Of a stretch of 64,000 nt of DNA, positions 39,436-52,068 are shown in pieces. Each line of letters opens with the position of its first letter. Within the stretch, counting starts at the first letter, position 1. Below the pieces are notes generated by a model that did not search any database, was not told the origin of the DNA, and saw only the letters and a list, made by a program, of their open reading frames with translations. Source of the stretch: Stegostoma tigrinum (taxonomy: Eukaryota). The DNA lies in NCBI RefSeq assembly GCF_030684315.1, contig NC_081394.1:1612001-1676000 (forward strand), written 5' to 3'. A program made the translations under genes and the position numbers.

Positions 39436-39649
39436 GTAATGTCATTGTCAGCACGGACAGGTTTATGGTTAATAGTGTTTGTAAAAGTTCATTCTTATTG
39501 AGTTCTGATTGGGAACCAAAACTCCAGTGAGTTAATATATACGCGCACACCACTTACCACTGACCAATTATGCTCTGTTCATTGATAGACAATGGGACTG
39601 GGTTGATAAAAGTAAAATCCAGCTCCTTTGATTATAATCTCCCTAATCA

Positions 39650-39990
39650 TGCAGCCCTAACCAATCTCCCTAATCTTGCAGCCCTAACTCCAAAGCCGTA
39701 ATCACCCCCAGCCCCTTTAGCCCTCCCATTCTCTCGAAACTGCTCCAGTCCCAATAGATCTTCCCACCTTCTCCAGCACCTACTCGCTTCCCTATTTCTG
39801 TAACCTCCTCCAGCCACTATACCTCTCCCTATCTCTATAACCTCCTCCAGCTCCATCAATCCTCCCTATCTCTGTAACCTCGTCCAGCCCTTATACCCCT
39901 CCCTAACTTTTCCAACCCTTCTGCTCTCTATAATATTCTCCAGGTCCTAAAATACCCATCCACCGCGATCTCAGTAATCTTGCTCAATTG
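39650..39990 (+). repeat. Degenerate ~35-bp C-rich minisatellite
   Basis: cctccctatctctgtaacctcctccagc units. Confidence 0.75.
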
Positions 39991-41389
39991 CCTGAGATCT
40001 CTGTGCTCCTCCATTTCCAGCCTCCTGCTGATCCCCTGATTCCCATTGCTCCCCCATGAGTGCCTGTGCTATTAGCTCATGGGGCCAGAAGCTCTGGAAT
40101 TTCTTTCCTTGAAACCTGAACATTCACATCAGGTTCAAACTGGGGAAGCTGAGTTAGGTTCAGTGTGAGCTCAGTATGACAGCAGCTCAACAGAGTTCAT
40201 AACAGAAAGTGAGTCCAGCCCTCTCACTTCCTGCCCCACCTCACCATCTCAGCAACTTTGATGAACTGAAATAACTGAAAGATAAAGAGAAGATAAAATA
40301 TGTAAAGGTGTCACTTTTACAGAATTTGTCTGTTTGCTGCTCATTTACTGTGAAGCTAAACCTCATAAAGTCATAGAAATGACCGGGTAGAGAAGGCCAT
40401 CCGGCCCATTGTGCTGACTGTGCTATCCTATTGGTCATCAGCTCCCACTCTGCAAGTATTTCTCTGATTCTCCTTTTGAAAGTTCCTGTTGAACCTGCTC
40501 CCACTGCCAGATCGCAACAACTCACTCTTGTCAAAAAAACAAATTCTCTTCCACTCAAATCTCTACCTCTCTGATTCTTTTCCTAATTCTCTGTGATTGA
40601 TCCTCCTGCCCCTAGAATCAGTATATGCTAATTGACTCAATGGAAAGAACTTGGTGATTGTGAACTCCTCAATTAAATCTCCTCTCAGTCCTTCCTTCTC
40701 CATCAAGTACAATCACAGCTTCTCCAATCTCTCACATTCAGTGAAGTCCCTCATCCCTGGAAATACTTTCTCATCAATCTTTTCAATGACCTCTCGAAAC
40801 CATTGCTCTCTCTAAACCCTTCACATTTTGGCTAAAATGCGGTACCCAAAGCTGGATACAATACTCCAGAGGGGGCTGCACGAGTGTTTTTGAAAGATCA
40901 CAATGATTCCTTTGACCTAACCTTCTACTTTCTGGCCTTCAAATTGGAGCTGTATTTGAACAGGAAACATTTTCCAGGGTATGGGGGAGAGACGGAAGGA
41001 TTGGACTATCTAGACAGGCATTTCAAAGAGCCAGCACAGAGAAGTTAGGTTGAATGGCCTCCTCTGGTGCTGTACAATTCAATTATTTAATTTCCTTATC
41101 ATTAACTTCTGCTGTAATGATGCAAATTGCAGAGGACGTGTTCCTCATCAGCTTTAAAGAGTGGGTTTTGCTTCAAACTTTAACCACACAGGCTGTGAAA
41201 CCACGTGTGAAAGTCATGGACTCAACCCAGAGGCTCCTCTGACACATGCAGAGCTCAGGCTAGAGACACTTTGCTCAAGTGTTTCACAGTGTCTGCTGGA
41301 GTATGGTCAAGGCTGATGCGTAGGGACCAGTCAGTCTCCAATGCTTCATTTCACTCAACATGAAAGGTTTTGGATCAGAAAACAGCCTT

Positions 41390-41633
41390 TTGATGATGAG
41401 GTTCCAGAGAGATGTCTTAAACAATGAGGATTCATAAAGATTCCGCAAGTATTGAGAATCCAAAGAGACTCTTTAGACAATGAGGATCCATAGACGTCCC
41501 TTAAGTGGTGAGGATGCAAAAAGGTTCCTTTGACAATGAGGAAAAATAGAGATCCCTCAGGCGGTGAGGACTCAAAGAAGTTCCTTTGACAATGAGAATC
41601 CAAAGAGATCCCTCAGGCAATGAGGATGCAAAG
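41390..41633 (+). repeat. 28-bp tandem repeat with 56-bp higher-order dimer
   Basis: gacaatgag starts at 41476, 41532, 41588, with alternating (a/g)g(t/c)ggtgagga monomers. Confidence 0.75.
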
Positions 41634-41913
41634 TACACCAGTTAGTTTCATCAGATGAGCCATTCAGTTGGCTCGAAGAACGAATGGGAAGATGTGTCTA
41701 ATTAGTGACTCATGATGGTGAGAATGGTGTGAGTTCTGAGGACTTCTTGTATATTGTCCTGCCTTGTAAATCAGCACGGAATTTTGCTCCATTGATCCAT
41801 CTTGTAAACATTGTGTTAGGTGCAATATTGGCTATATTGAACAGGGTCCTAGGGACCATGAGCCAGTGTAAAATGAACTGGCCCATTCCTGTGTCGAAGA
41901 GTATTTTCCATGT

Positions 41914-42078
41914 TTGACATTTTGGGTCATGATCTTCTTCAGACCCTTTTCTGAAGAAGGATCCCGAACCAAAAAGTCAAACTTGGCTGCTCCTCTCATG
42001 CTGCTTGGCCTGCTGTGTTCATCCATCTTCACACTGCGTTATCTCAGATTCTCCGGCATCAGCAGTTCCTACTATCTA
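41914..42078. mobile_element. PLE pLTR fold-back mini-insertion, 14-bp TSD
   Basis: agtattttccatgt at 41900-41913 and 42079-42092. Confidence 0.8.
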
Positions 42079-42850
42079 AGTATTTTCCATGTGCTAGGTT
42101 GACAAAGGGATTTGTTGTGTGATGAATTGTTGTCCCTTTATGATACATCCACAAATGGTGGGGAGAAGGGATGAAGACAGGAAGGCATCAGATTGATGGT
42201 CTTGTGACTATGAGTCTGCCCAACATGCAGGTGAACCAAAATAATCCAGGAAAGACATATTTGAAGGATGGCTACATATATTGATTACAAACAGAAGTGA
42301 AGAATAGGTCTGGCAGACAATTAAAGCTGTTCCTGTTTTTAAAATAGGAGACTGCATTCATCCAGTGAACTGTGGACCAGTGAGATTAGGATTTGGGACG
42401 GGAGGGAAGATAATTGAATCTTCACTGAGATCACTAACAACAGTGTAAAATATTCCCAAGAACAATGAGCTCAGATCACCAAAGGGAAGATTATGCTGGA
42501 CAAACCTTAGTTAGTTAGTTGAAGCAGTGTGATGAAGAACAATCGTTGTGCAATGGAGGAGTTATAATTGGGTAATCAGTCATTGAACATTGACTTTTGA
42601 AAAGAGTTAGTGTGGACAACCTTCTTGGAGAGATGCAGACTGTGTGGTGTTGAAGGTGTTCCCACGGTCCTCTCAAACAGAATCCTGGGACAGAGGGCCA
42701 GCGATAATGTTTCACATAAATGTCAGAGGGAGATCGGGTGTCTCAGGGAAGGTAATGGTCATTCTGGCAGGAGAGGTCGTAGGGGAGGGAGGTCCTCTCA
42801 GTGTAACCCTGATGAGTTCCAGCGTTAAATCCTGATTTTTCTCTCCCCAG

Positions 42851-43216
42851 TGAGATTGGCACAAGAGTGGAAAGTCAACACTGCACATGAGGTGACAGTA
42901 CAGAAAGGTTCCTGTGTACAGATTCCATGTCATTGCACTTATCCTATGGATCTGGCAAAACAACCATGAGTCAGAATCTGGTTTAATAGTGGGAAACAGG
43001 ACCCACTGTTGATCGCCTTTCACTCTCAGGATCACAGTCAACAGTTACCACGGTTCTGCAATCGAACCTGGCTGTCTGGAGACCTGAAAGATGGAAACTG
43101 TTCCCTGATGATAAACAACATGACACAGGAAGATACAGGACCTTATTTTTTCAAAGTAGAATTTGACGGAAAGAATAAATACAGCTACTTTCCTACAACC
43201 CAGCTTCATGTTTCTG
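42851..43216 (+). CDS. Siglec-type V-set Ig exon (contains the premature stop)
   Basis: ...VTVQKGSCVQIPC...P*VRIWF...LSGDLKDGNCSLMINNMTQEDTGPYFFKVEF...YSY. Siglec-specific B-E strand cysteine pattern plus an interdomain Cys; AG/GT boundaries. Confidence 0.9.
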
Positions 43217-43787
43217 GTAAGTGTTGTGTTATAATTATTCAACAGTTTATATCCAACACTCAATGATAAATAATGCAAACAGATTAATACAAAACACAGC
43301 TTATTATGACAGTGTCTGATTATCAATAACTTGGTGAAAGCTTCCAATTCAGTCCTAGATCAATCCTGAACATTGACTTTGATATGCAAGATCAAATGTA
43401 TTGACTGTATTCAAAATTATTGAATTTTCCATTCCCACCGATCTCTCTAATCCTGTTTAAAGGTCTTACACACAGATATTTGAAAGGCGTGTATTTCATG
43501 CAGCCATTAAATCACACAGTCACACAGCACAGAAACAGACCTTTGGTCCAACCAGCCCATACCGAACATAAACCCAAACTAAACCAGTCCCACATACCTG
43601 CACTTGGCCCGTGTCTCTCCAAACATTTCTTATTCATGTACTTACCCAAACATTTTTTCAATGTCATAACTGTACCCACTTCCACCACTTCTTCTGAAAG
43701 TTCACGCCACCATGAATCACTCTCTGTGTGAAAATATTGTGCCTCATGTCTTTTTAAAATCATTCTCCACTCACCTTCAAAATATGC

Positions 43788-44060
43788 AGCGCTGACCCTC
43801 TGACAGTGCGGCCCTCCCTCAGAGCTGACACTCCGACAGTGCGGCCCTCCCTCAGAGCTGATACTCCAACAGTGCGACGCTCCCCCAGCACTGACCCTCC
43901 AACAGTGCGGCGCCCCCTCAGCGCTGACCCTCCGACAGTGTCCCCTCCCTCATTAGTGACCCTCTGACATTGCAACATGGCCTCAGTATTGACACATTAA
44001 CAGTGCAGCAATTGTTCAGTGCTGACCCTCTGGCAGTGCGGCACTCCCTCAATACTCACC
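43788..44060 (+). repeat. 32-bp minisatellite
   Basis: Tandem units visible. Confidence 0.85.
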
Positions 44061-44290
44061 AATGGCCTCTGCAACCCAACATAACGTCCCAACTCCTAAA
44101 CGCAAAGGTCTGAGCAACGACTAAATGTCTTTTTAACCACCTCATCTATACGTAATGCGACCTCCAAAGAATTGTGTACCTGAACACCAAAGTCTCTCAG
44201 GTCTACAATAATACCCAAGGCCCTATGTTTAATTGTACTAGTCCTGTCAAAATACCAGAATTTACCAAAATACAACACCACCATCAATAT

Positions 44291-44507
44291 AACTAGGTGT
44301 AGAGCTGGATGAACACAGCAGGCCAAGCAGCATCATAGGAGCAGGAAAGTTGAGGTTTCGGGCCTAGACCCTTCTTCAGAAAATGAAGGGTCTAGGCCCA
44401 AAATGTCAGCTTTCCTGCTCTCATGATGCTGCTTGGCCTGCTGTGTTCATCCAGCTCCACACCTTATTAATGTGGATTGTCCAGCATCTGCTGTTCCTAT
44501 TATATCT
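44291..44507. mobile_element. PLE pLTR fold-back insertion with two head-to-head degenerate HHRs
   Basis: Centre tttcgggcctagacccttc-ttcagaaaat-gaagggtctaggcccaaaa; TSD 44276-44290 vs 44508-44522 (12/15 match). Confidence 0.75.
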
Positions 44508-45103
44508 CACCTCCATCAGTGTTATCAGTTTATCCACTCTCATCTATCCTGCTAATCTTGTTTAAAGGCCTTACAAAGAGATAAAAGTGAGACATGCATT
44601 TCTAAAGCACCTTTCACCATCACAGGATATTCAAATCAGCTTAACAGTCAACGAAGTAATTCTTCAAATGGAGTTGTTGCTTTTGTGAAGGACTCACAAT
44701 AGCCAAAAAGTGCGCAGCAAGCTCCCAAAAGCAAAATTCTGATCAAAACTCTGCTCATAGGTTTCATTGTTCTAGCTGAGATACTTAAAACTAGTTGCTG
44801 TCCTATGGCAGGCAGGATTTAATTGGAATTTGGCAGATTTTTGGAAAAAGTGAGGAGCCAGCTCTCCATGGGTTCTGAGGTGCTCCCCCACCTTCACCCA
44901 GTATTGTCTAGTGAGTGTTGAAGTAGAAGTGTGTTAAACTCAGTGACAGATACCTCACCATGTCAGAAAAGTGGAAAGTCTTTGTTGATCATTGTACTCA
45001 GTTCTAATATCATCCTGCTTAAGAGCCTTCTCTGTTGGGATTGTGATTTCTATTTGGACTGAATGTTATACTTACTAAAAAGGATCCATTTTCTGTGTGT
45101 CAA

Positions 45104-45397
45104 ATTTCACAGATAAACCCATGATACTCCCTGTGGAAAATATTGCAAACAAGAGTGTGGGCCTAAACTGCACCTTCAGCACAATGTGCAATGGAACAGC
45201 CCCTGCCTTAACCTGGGACACTCCCAGTGCCATACCTGGATCAGTCTCAAACACTGTAACTCAGCACAGTGTCACTCTGACCTACACTTCTGTTCTGACT
45301 CTCACACCATCACTCAGACACCGGGGTCTAACTCTCACCTGCAGAGTGAGTTATCCACCTGTTCAACGACAGCAGACCTTTGTACTGACAGTGCAAT
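45104..45397 (+). CDS. Siglec-like C2-set domain 2 exon
   Basis: (D)FTDKP...LNCTFSTMCNGTAPALTW...TSVLTLTP...LTCRVSYP...LTVQ; donor T|gtaagt. The expected acceptor reads CAA (45101-45103); an in-frame CAG lies at 45110-45112. Confidence 0.85.
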
Positions 45398-45414
45398 GTA
45401 AGTATCCTCTGAAA

Positions 45415-46200
45415 GTGCATCACTCACTTCATACTGACCCTCTAACATTTCAGCATGCCCTCATAACAAATGCTTTGACAGTGCAGCATTCCATCAGCAC
45501 TGACCATCCAATAGTGTTGACACTCCCTCAATACCGACCCACTGACAGTGCAGCATTCCATCAGGACTGATCCTCCAAAAGTGCGGCACTCCCTCAGCAC
45601 TGAGACTCCGACAGTGCAACACTCCATCAATGCTGATTCTCCAGCAGTGCGGCATTCCCTCAGTGCAGACTTTCCAACAGTGCACCACTCCCTCAGCACT
45701 CACCCTCTGACACTGCGGTATTGCCTCAGTACTGACCAGTGCGGCACTCACCCTCCGAAATTGCAGCAATCCATCAGCACTCACCCCCCGACAACACGAC
45801 ACTCCATCAGGACTGACCATCCAAAAGTGCTGCACTCCCCCAGTACTGACCCTCTGATGGTGCGGCATTTCCTCTGACTGTATGGCACTCCCTCAGCGCT
45901 GATCCTCCAACAATGTGGTGCTCCCTCAGCACTGATCCTCCAACAGTGCGGCACTCCCTCAGCACTGACTGTCCGACAGTGCGGCACCCCCTCAGCACTG
46001 ACCCTCCGACAGTGCAGCACTCCCTCAGCACTGACCTTCCGACAGGGTGGCACTCACTCCGTTCTGACATGCTGAGAGTGCAGCACTGACCTTCCGACAG
46101 TGCAGCACTCGCTCAGCACTGACCCACTAACAGTGTAGTGCTCCCTCAGCACTGACCTTCCAACAGGGTGACCCTCGCTCAGCAATGACAATCTGGCACT
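45415..46200 (+). repeat. 32-bp minisatellite filling most of the intron
   Basis: More than 20 degenerate units. Confidence 0.9.
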
Positions 46201-46334
46201 CTTAAGGGCACTGGTCCTACAACATTGGTGTCTTTTCAGGGTGTTTGTATGACACAGCTTACATTGATCACACATCTATTACAATCCAGTACTTCATAGT
46301 CAGTGCACAGTACCTGATCGTCACTTATTTTCAG

Positions 46335-46616
46335 ACGAACCACGGAATTTTTCAATTACCTCGCCTGCTGTGATTAAAGATTCATCGATCAATATAATTG
46401 AGGGGAATGCTGCAGTGATAATCTGCTGTGCCATGAGCTTCCCAGAGTCTAACCTGGCGTGGAAACATCTTAATGTCACAATGAACAGAACATATTCTAA
46501 CAATGAACTGTGGTTGGTTCTCCCTCATGTTACATACAGGAAGACTGGAGACTATCAGTGTATAGCAGAGAATAAACATGGAGCAGAGGAGGGCTACATA
46601 AACTTCAATGTGCAAA
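46335..46616 (+). CDS. Siglec-like C2/I-set domain 3 exon
   Basis: Acceptor cttattttcag. Translates (Y)EPRNFSIT...EGNAAVIICCAMSFPESNLAW...GDYQCIAENKHG...FNVQ; donor A|gtgaat. Confidence 0.85.
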
Positions 46617-47013
46617 GTGAATGTACATAGACTTCATTAGCAAGTTTTGAGAAGATTTGTAGCTCAGGTTGAGGTCCTGGATGTGAGTTTGCTCGCTGAG
46701 CTGGAAGGTTAGTTTTCAAACGTTTCGTCACTTTTTTTTTATTTGAAAAAAATATACTTTATTCGTAAGATGTACAAAAAATAAAACATATTTATACACC
46801 TACCCAGTCATGCAAGCCGCTCCGGGTTACCCAGGGGGTACATACACCAACTAAAGGAAAAAAAACAAAGAAGAAAAAAAAAACAAAGCAAAGAAAATAC
46901 CCCGGCAGTCGTCACCCCGCACAGTCCCAGTTGGCCCCATGACCAGTTGGGGAAGGTGCCAGCTGGGCCCAGTTACCAGACAGGGCCCTTTTTACTATTC
47001 TGGACGAGGGGTT

Positions 47014-50000
47014 TCATACGGTGGTCTTTCCCCACTGCGCCTTGGCGGCGGCTGCCCCAAGCTTTAGCGCGTCCCTCAGCAAGGTCCTGGAGCTTGGAGT
47101 GCGTCAGTCTGCAACACTCGGTCAGGGTCAGTTCTTTCAGCTGGCAGACCAGCAAGTTGCGGGCAGACCAAAGAGCGTCTTTCACCGCATTGATGGTCCT
47201 CCAGGCGCAGTTGATGTTGGTCTCAGTGTGCGTCTCGGGAAACAGCCCGTAGAGCACGGAGTCCCACGTCACGGAGCTGCTCAGGACGAACCTCGACAAA
47301 TACCACTGCATCCCCCTCCAGACCTCCTGCGCATAGGCACACTCCAGAAGGAGGTGATCGAAAGTCTCGTCCCCCCCGCAGCTGCCTCGAGGGCAGCGTG
47401 CGGTGGCGCAGAGATTCTGGGCATGCAGAAAGGATCTCACTGGCAGAGCCCCTCTCACTGCCAGCCAAGCAATGTCCTTGTGCTTGTTTGAAAGTTCTGG
47501 CGATGAGGCATTCTGCCAAACGACTTTGGCAGTCTGCGTGGGGAACCACACGACGGGATCCACCCTCTCGTTTTCCCAAAGGGTCTCAAAAATACTACGT
47601 GCTGACCACTGCCTGACGGCCTTGTGGTCAAAGGTGTTTCCCTTCAAAAATTTCTCCACGAAGGACAGGTGGTACGGGACGGTCCAACTACTCGGAGCAT
47701 TCCGCGGCAACGAGGCCAGGCCCATCCTTCGCAACACCGGGGACAGGTAGAACCTCAGTAAGTAGTGACACTTGGTGTTTGCGTACTGAGGATCTACGCA
47801 CAGCTTGATGCAGCCGCACACAAAGGTAGCCGTCAGGGCGAGGGTGGCGTTCGGTACACCCTTCCCTCATTTTCCAGGTCTTTGTACATGGTGTCCCTGC
47901 GGACCCGGTCCATCCTCGACCCCCAAATGAAGTGGAAGATGGCCCGGGTGACGGCAGCGGCGCAGGTCCAGGGAATAGGACAGGCCTGCGCCACATACAA
48001 CAGTACCGAAAGGCCCTCGCACCTGACAACCAGATATTTACCTGCGATGGAGAGAGAGACCGGAGCGTCCACCTGCCCAGCTTCTGCTTCAATTTGGTGA
48101 TACGCTCCTCTCAAGTCTTAGTGCACGCCCCAGCTCCACCGAACCAAACACCCAGCACCTTCAGGTAGTCTGTCCTGACGGTGAAGGGGATGAAGGAGCG
48201 GTCGTCCCAGTTCCCGAAGAACATGGCCTCGCTCTTACTCCTACTGACTTTGGCACCCGAGGCCGGTTCAAACTGGCCGCAGATGTCCAACAGCCTGCTC
48301 ACCGACCGACGATCGGTGCAGAAGACGGCCACATCGTCCATGTACAGGGAGGTCTTGACCTGGAGGCCTCCGCTGCCTGGGATAGTCACGCCCTTCAGGC
48401 TCACGTCCTTCCTGATGGATGCGACGAAGGGCTCCACACAGCACACGAACAAGGCAGGAGAGAGCGGGCAGCCCTGCCTGACTCCAGATCTGACGGGAAA
48501 ACTGTCCGATTCCCACCCGTTGATCGAGACTGCGTTAACGATGTTGGCATAGAGCAGCCGGATCCAATTGCGGATGCCCTCCCCGAACCCCAATTTGGAG
48601 AGGACGTCCCTCATGTAAGCATGAGAGACCCTGTTGAAGGCCTTCTCTTGGTCCAGGCTGACGAGGCAGGTGTCCACCCGCCTGACCTGTACGTAGGTGA
48701 TCGTATCCCTGATGAGCGCGAGGCTCTCAGCGATCTTCCTGCCCGGCACAGCACAGGTTTGGTCAGGGTGAATCACCGACTCCAGGACAGACCTGACCCG
48801 GTTGGCTATGACCTTGGCCAGGATTTTGTAGTCCACGTTCAATAGTGAAATGAGACGCCAATTCTTAATTTCTTCCCTCTCCCCCTTCCTCTTGTAAATG
48901 AGGGTGATGATGCCCTTCCTCATGGACTTGTACATTTTCCCTGCCCAAGGCGCACTATCGTACACCTCCAGCAGGTCCTGGCCGACCAGTTCCCACAGAG
49001 CAGAATACAGCTCGACTGGTAAGCCGTCGCTTCCGGGAGTCTTATTTCTCTCCAAGGACTTGAGGGCTCTGGTCAGCTCGTCCAGGGATATCGGCCAGTC
49101 CAGCCACTCCCTCGTGCCGTCATCTAAGACCTCCATGATAGACGACAGGAACGACTCGGAGGCCGTGCTGTCCGTGGGCTTCGTGTCGTACAGTCCAGCA
49201 TAGAAGGATCTGCTTATCCTCAAAATGTCGGGCCAAGACGACGTCACCGAGCCGTCGTCCTCCTTCAACCGGCTAAGCCCAGAGCTCTCTTTGTGCACCT
49301 TCTGAAAGAAGAAACGTGAGCACATCTCATCCTGCACCAGCGAGTGGACCCTGGACCAGAAGATTATCCTGGAGGCCTCCGCGGCGAAGAGCGAGGCTTG
49401 CTGGCCCCTCACCTCACGGAGGTCCTCCGTGACATCGACCCCCATCAACTGCAGAAGGAGCATGTTCTGCACCCTTTTCTGGAGTCACAACAGCTTTCCC
49501 CGCCTCTCTCTCGCCTTCCGAACACCCTTGAGGACAAAGAACCTCTTGATGTTCTCCTTCACCGTCTCCCACCAGTCGCCCAGAGACTCAAAGAGGGGTT
49601 TCACAGTTCTCCAAATGGCGTACTCCCTCTTAAGCTCCTCGACGTTCTCTGGGGTCAACAGAGTCGTGTTGAGCTTCCACGTCCCCTTGCCGGCCGGCTG
49701 ATCGTCCTGTAAGTGACAGTCGGCCAGCAGGAGGCAGTGGTCAGAGAAGAACATCGGCTCGACGCCGGTGGACCTGACCGAGAACGCCCGTGACACAAAC
49801 AGGAAGTCTATCCTTGAGCGAATAGACTCATCTGGCCGTGACCAGGTGTAACTCCGCTGCGCTCTGTCTGCAGGGGTGCTGAAGACATCGAGCGGCTTGG
49901 CGTCCTTCACCGTGCCCATCAGGAATCTGGACGTGACGTCCAGTTGACTCCCCCCACCCGCTGTCCCCGCGCCGGATCTTCCATCTGCATTGATGGTGAA

Positions 50001-50432
50001 GTTGAAGTCTCCGCCTAGGATGACCGGCCTGGACGTAGCCAGCAGGGGTGGAAGCCGCTGCAGGACGGCCAACCGCTCACTCCGTACCACTGGGGCGTAC
50101 ACGTTGATCAGCCTCAGGGGAGCGTTCCTGTAGGTGACGTCAGCCACTAGGAGGCGCCCCCCCACCACCTCCTGAACTTGAGAGATGGTGAAGTTGTGCC
50201 CCCGCAGCAGAATAGCCAGGCCCGAGGAGCGACAGTCGTTACCCCCCGACCAGATTGAAGGCCCACAGGTCCAGGCGCCGGACCATTTCCCGTACCTGCC
50301 GAGGTGCGGTATCCCGCACTCCTGCAGAAACAGGAGGTCCGCCTTGATGGTGGTCAGGTAGGCCAACGTGGACACACATCTCGCGGTTGGCTTGACCCTG
50401 CGCACATTAATGCTCGCAACTCGTACCCCCAT
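47014..50432 (-). pseudogene. Tx1 ORF2 (APE endonuclease - reverse transcriptase - zf-RVT), interrupted
   Basis: SINVR, LQEC, INVYAP, GGDFN, SRIDF, SDH; [29 protein letters not shown]; CPRGSCG...HLLLEC. Stops near 49485 and 48111, and frameshifts near 48060 and 47860. Confidence 0.9.
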
Positions 50433-51874
50433 TGTGGGCAGTGACCGCAGTACCCTCCCCAAGTCCAAGGTCCAGCCCCTCCATCTGTCCCTTCATGCCC
50501 ATTGCCCGGGCTAACTGCTGGACGCTCTCTGGGCTCTGGAAACCGACCGTGCTGCCTTCTGGGTGGCATCCCCCCGTCGGGGGTAAGGAGTGCGGAGAGT
50601 CCGGCTCTGGGTCAGGCTGGGGATGCATTGTTTCCTCCTTCCCGCTTGGAAGTTCCGGGGGGGCCTCCAGTGCCACAGCGGCACGTGACTGGGTGTCGGA
50701 GGGAGCCTCAGGACGCCTCCCATCACCTGGAAGCGTGGTGCTGCTTTCCTTGTCCCTTGAGATCTTTAACTTCTGCTTCGGGCGGGCCCTCTCCGAATCC
50801 CCCTCGTCAGAGGAGCTCTTATAGCCCCCTTGTAGCTGCCTCTTCCTGCCTGATGGTTGCGGTTCCTGGGCCCGCCGACGCACCTTCCTCCTCGTTTTCC
50901 AGACCGTCGTCCACTCCCCTGGGTCGCCTGTCGCCGCCTCCATCGACTCCGGGTTGTCGGGGGGGGACCGGAGCCTGCAGAGGCGCTTTGCTGGCCTCGG
51001 GACCGTCCTGCAGGCCTGGGCCCTCCTGCACGACCTGGCCCTCCTGCACATTAGTAGAGTCCTTGCTGGGCCCTGGTGCCTTCCTCTCCTCCGGGGGGGC
51101 TGGCCCCGCATTGCTCTTTCCGGCGACCTGGGCGTAGGAGGTCCCCCACTGCGGGCATGCCCTATAGAGGTGGCCCGCTTCCCCGCAAAGGTTGCAGCTT
51201 CTCTCTCGTGGGCAATCCTTTGCAAGGTGTCCCTCCTCCCTGCAGTTCCTGCAGATGGTGGCTTTGCAGTCGGCCGCCACGTGACCTGACCTACCACAGG
51301 CATGGCAGACTTTAGGTTGCCCTGTGTAGGTCAGGTAGCCCTTGCTCCCGCCGATCGCGAAGCTGGACGGTGGGTGTACGACGTTCCCGTCCGCGCCCAT
51401 CCTCAGCGTCACCTTGACCTGCCTCTTACTGGTCCAGATGCCAAAGGGGTCCATGATATCAGTTAGGCCCCCTTCCACCTTCACGTACCTTCCAAGGAAG
51501 GTCAGGACATCAACTGCTGGCACATGTGGGTTGTACATGTGTACAGTCACCATACGGCTCCTCTGCGCTGGCATCACAAACAGCGGGACAGCGGTCAATA
51601 CAGAGAGGGGGCCCTCACCTCCTTTCTCCTTGAAAACCTCCAGGAAGCGCTCGCAAAGCTTGGCACTCCGGAAGGTCACATCGTAAAAACCTCCTCCGGG
51701 GAAATCCTGCAGGCAGTAAATGTCCGCAGCAGCAAACCCACAACAGTCCAACAGGACCCTCTTCACGAAGAAGGTGCGGTCCACAGGTGCACCTTCATCC
51801 ACCTTCTTTACGGAAACACGGATGGTGTTCCGGACCCCCTGACCTGGGGCACGAGCACTCGCCACAGCCATCAT
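50407..51874 (-). pseudogene. Tx1 ORF1 (gag-like, ZCCHC3-like, three CCHC zinc knuckles), frameshift near 50965
   Basis: CHACGRSGHVAADC, CRNCREEGHLAKDC, CNLCGEAGHLYRAC; overlaps the ORF2 start. Confidence 0.85.
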
Positions 51875-52068
51875 TGCAGGTTGGCTGCTCCCCTGAACCA
51901 GCGTTAGGCCGAAGCCAGCATTAAGATCCACTGGTTGCAAGGGTGTACAGCCAACCCGATGTCCTCCTTTCACCTCCAAGACGGCACTCTCCTCCTCTCG
52001 GTCCACAAGAGAGTGGTTCTTTATTGTGTTCGAGATGTAAGCTGGTTCACTGAGCTGTAAGGTTTGTT

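Noticed and set aside
42967-42969. In-frame TGA as selenocysteine or programmed read-through
   Set aside because: No SECIS recognised, it sits in a loop position consistent with CGA>TGA decay, and other lesions co-occur.
50407-51874. Host ZCCHC3-like gene
   Set aside because: It is ORF1 of a Tx1 element: it overlaps ORF2, is frameshifted and is followed by a poly(A) tail.
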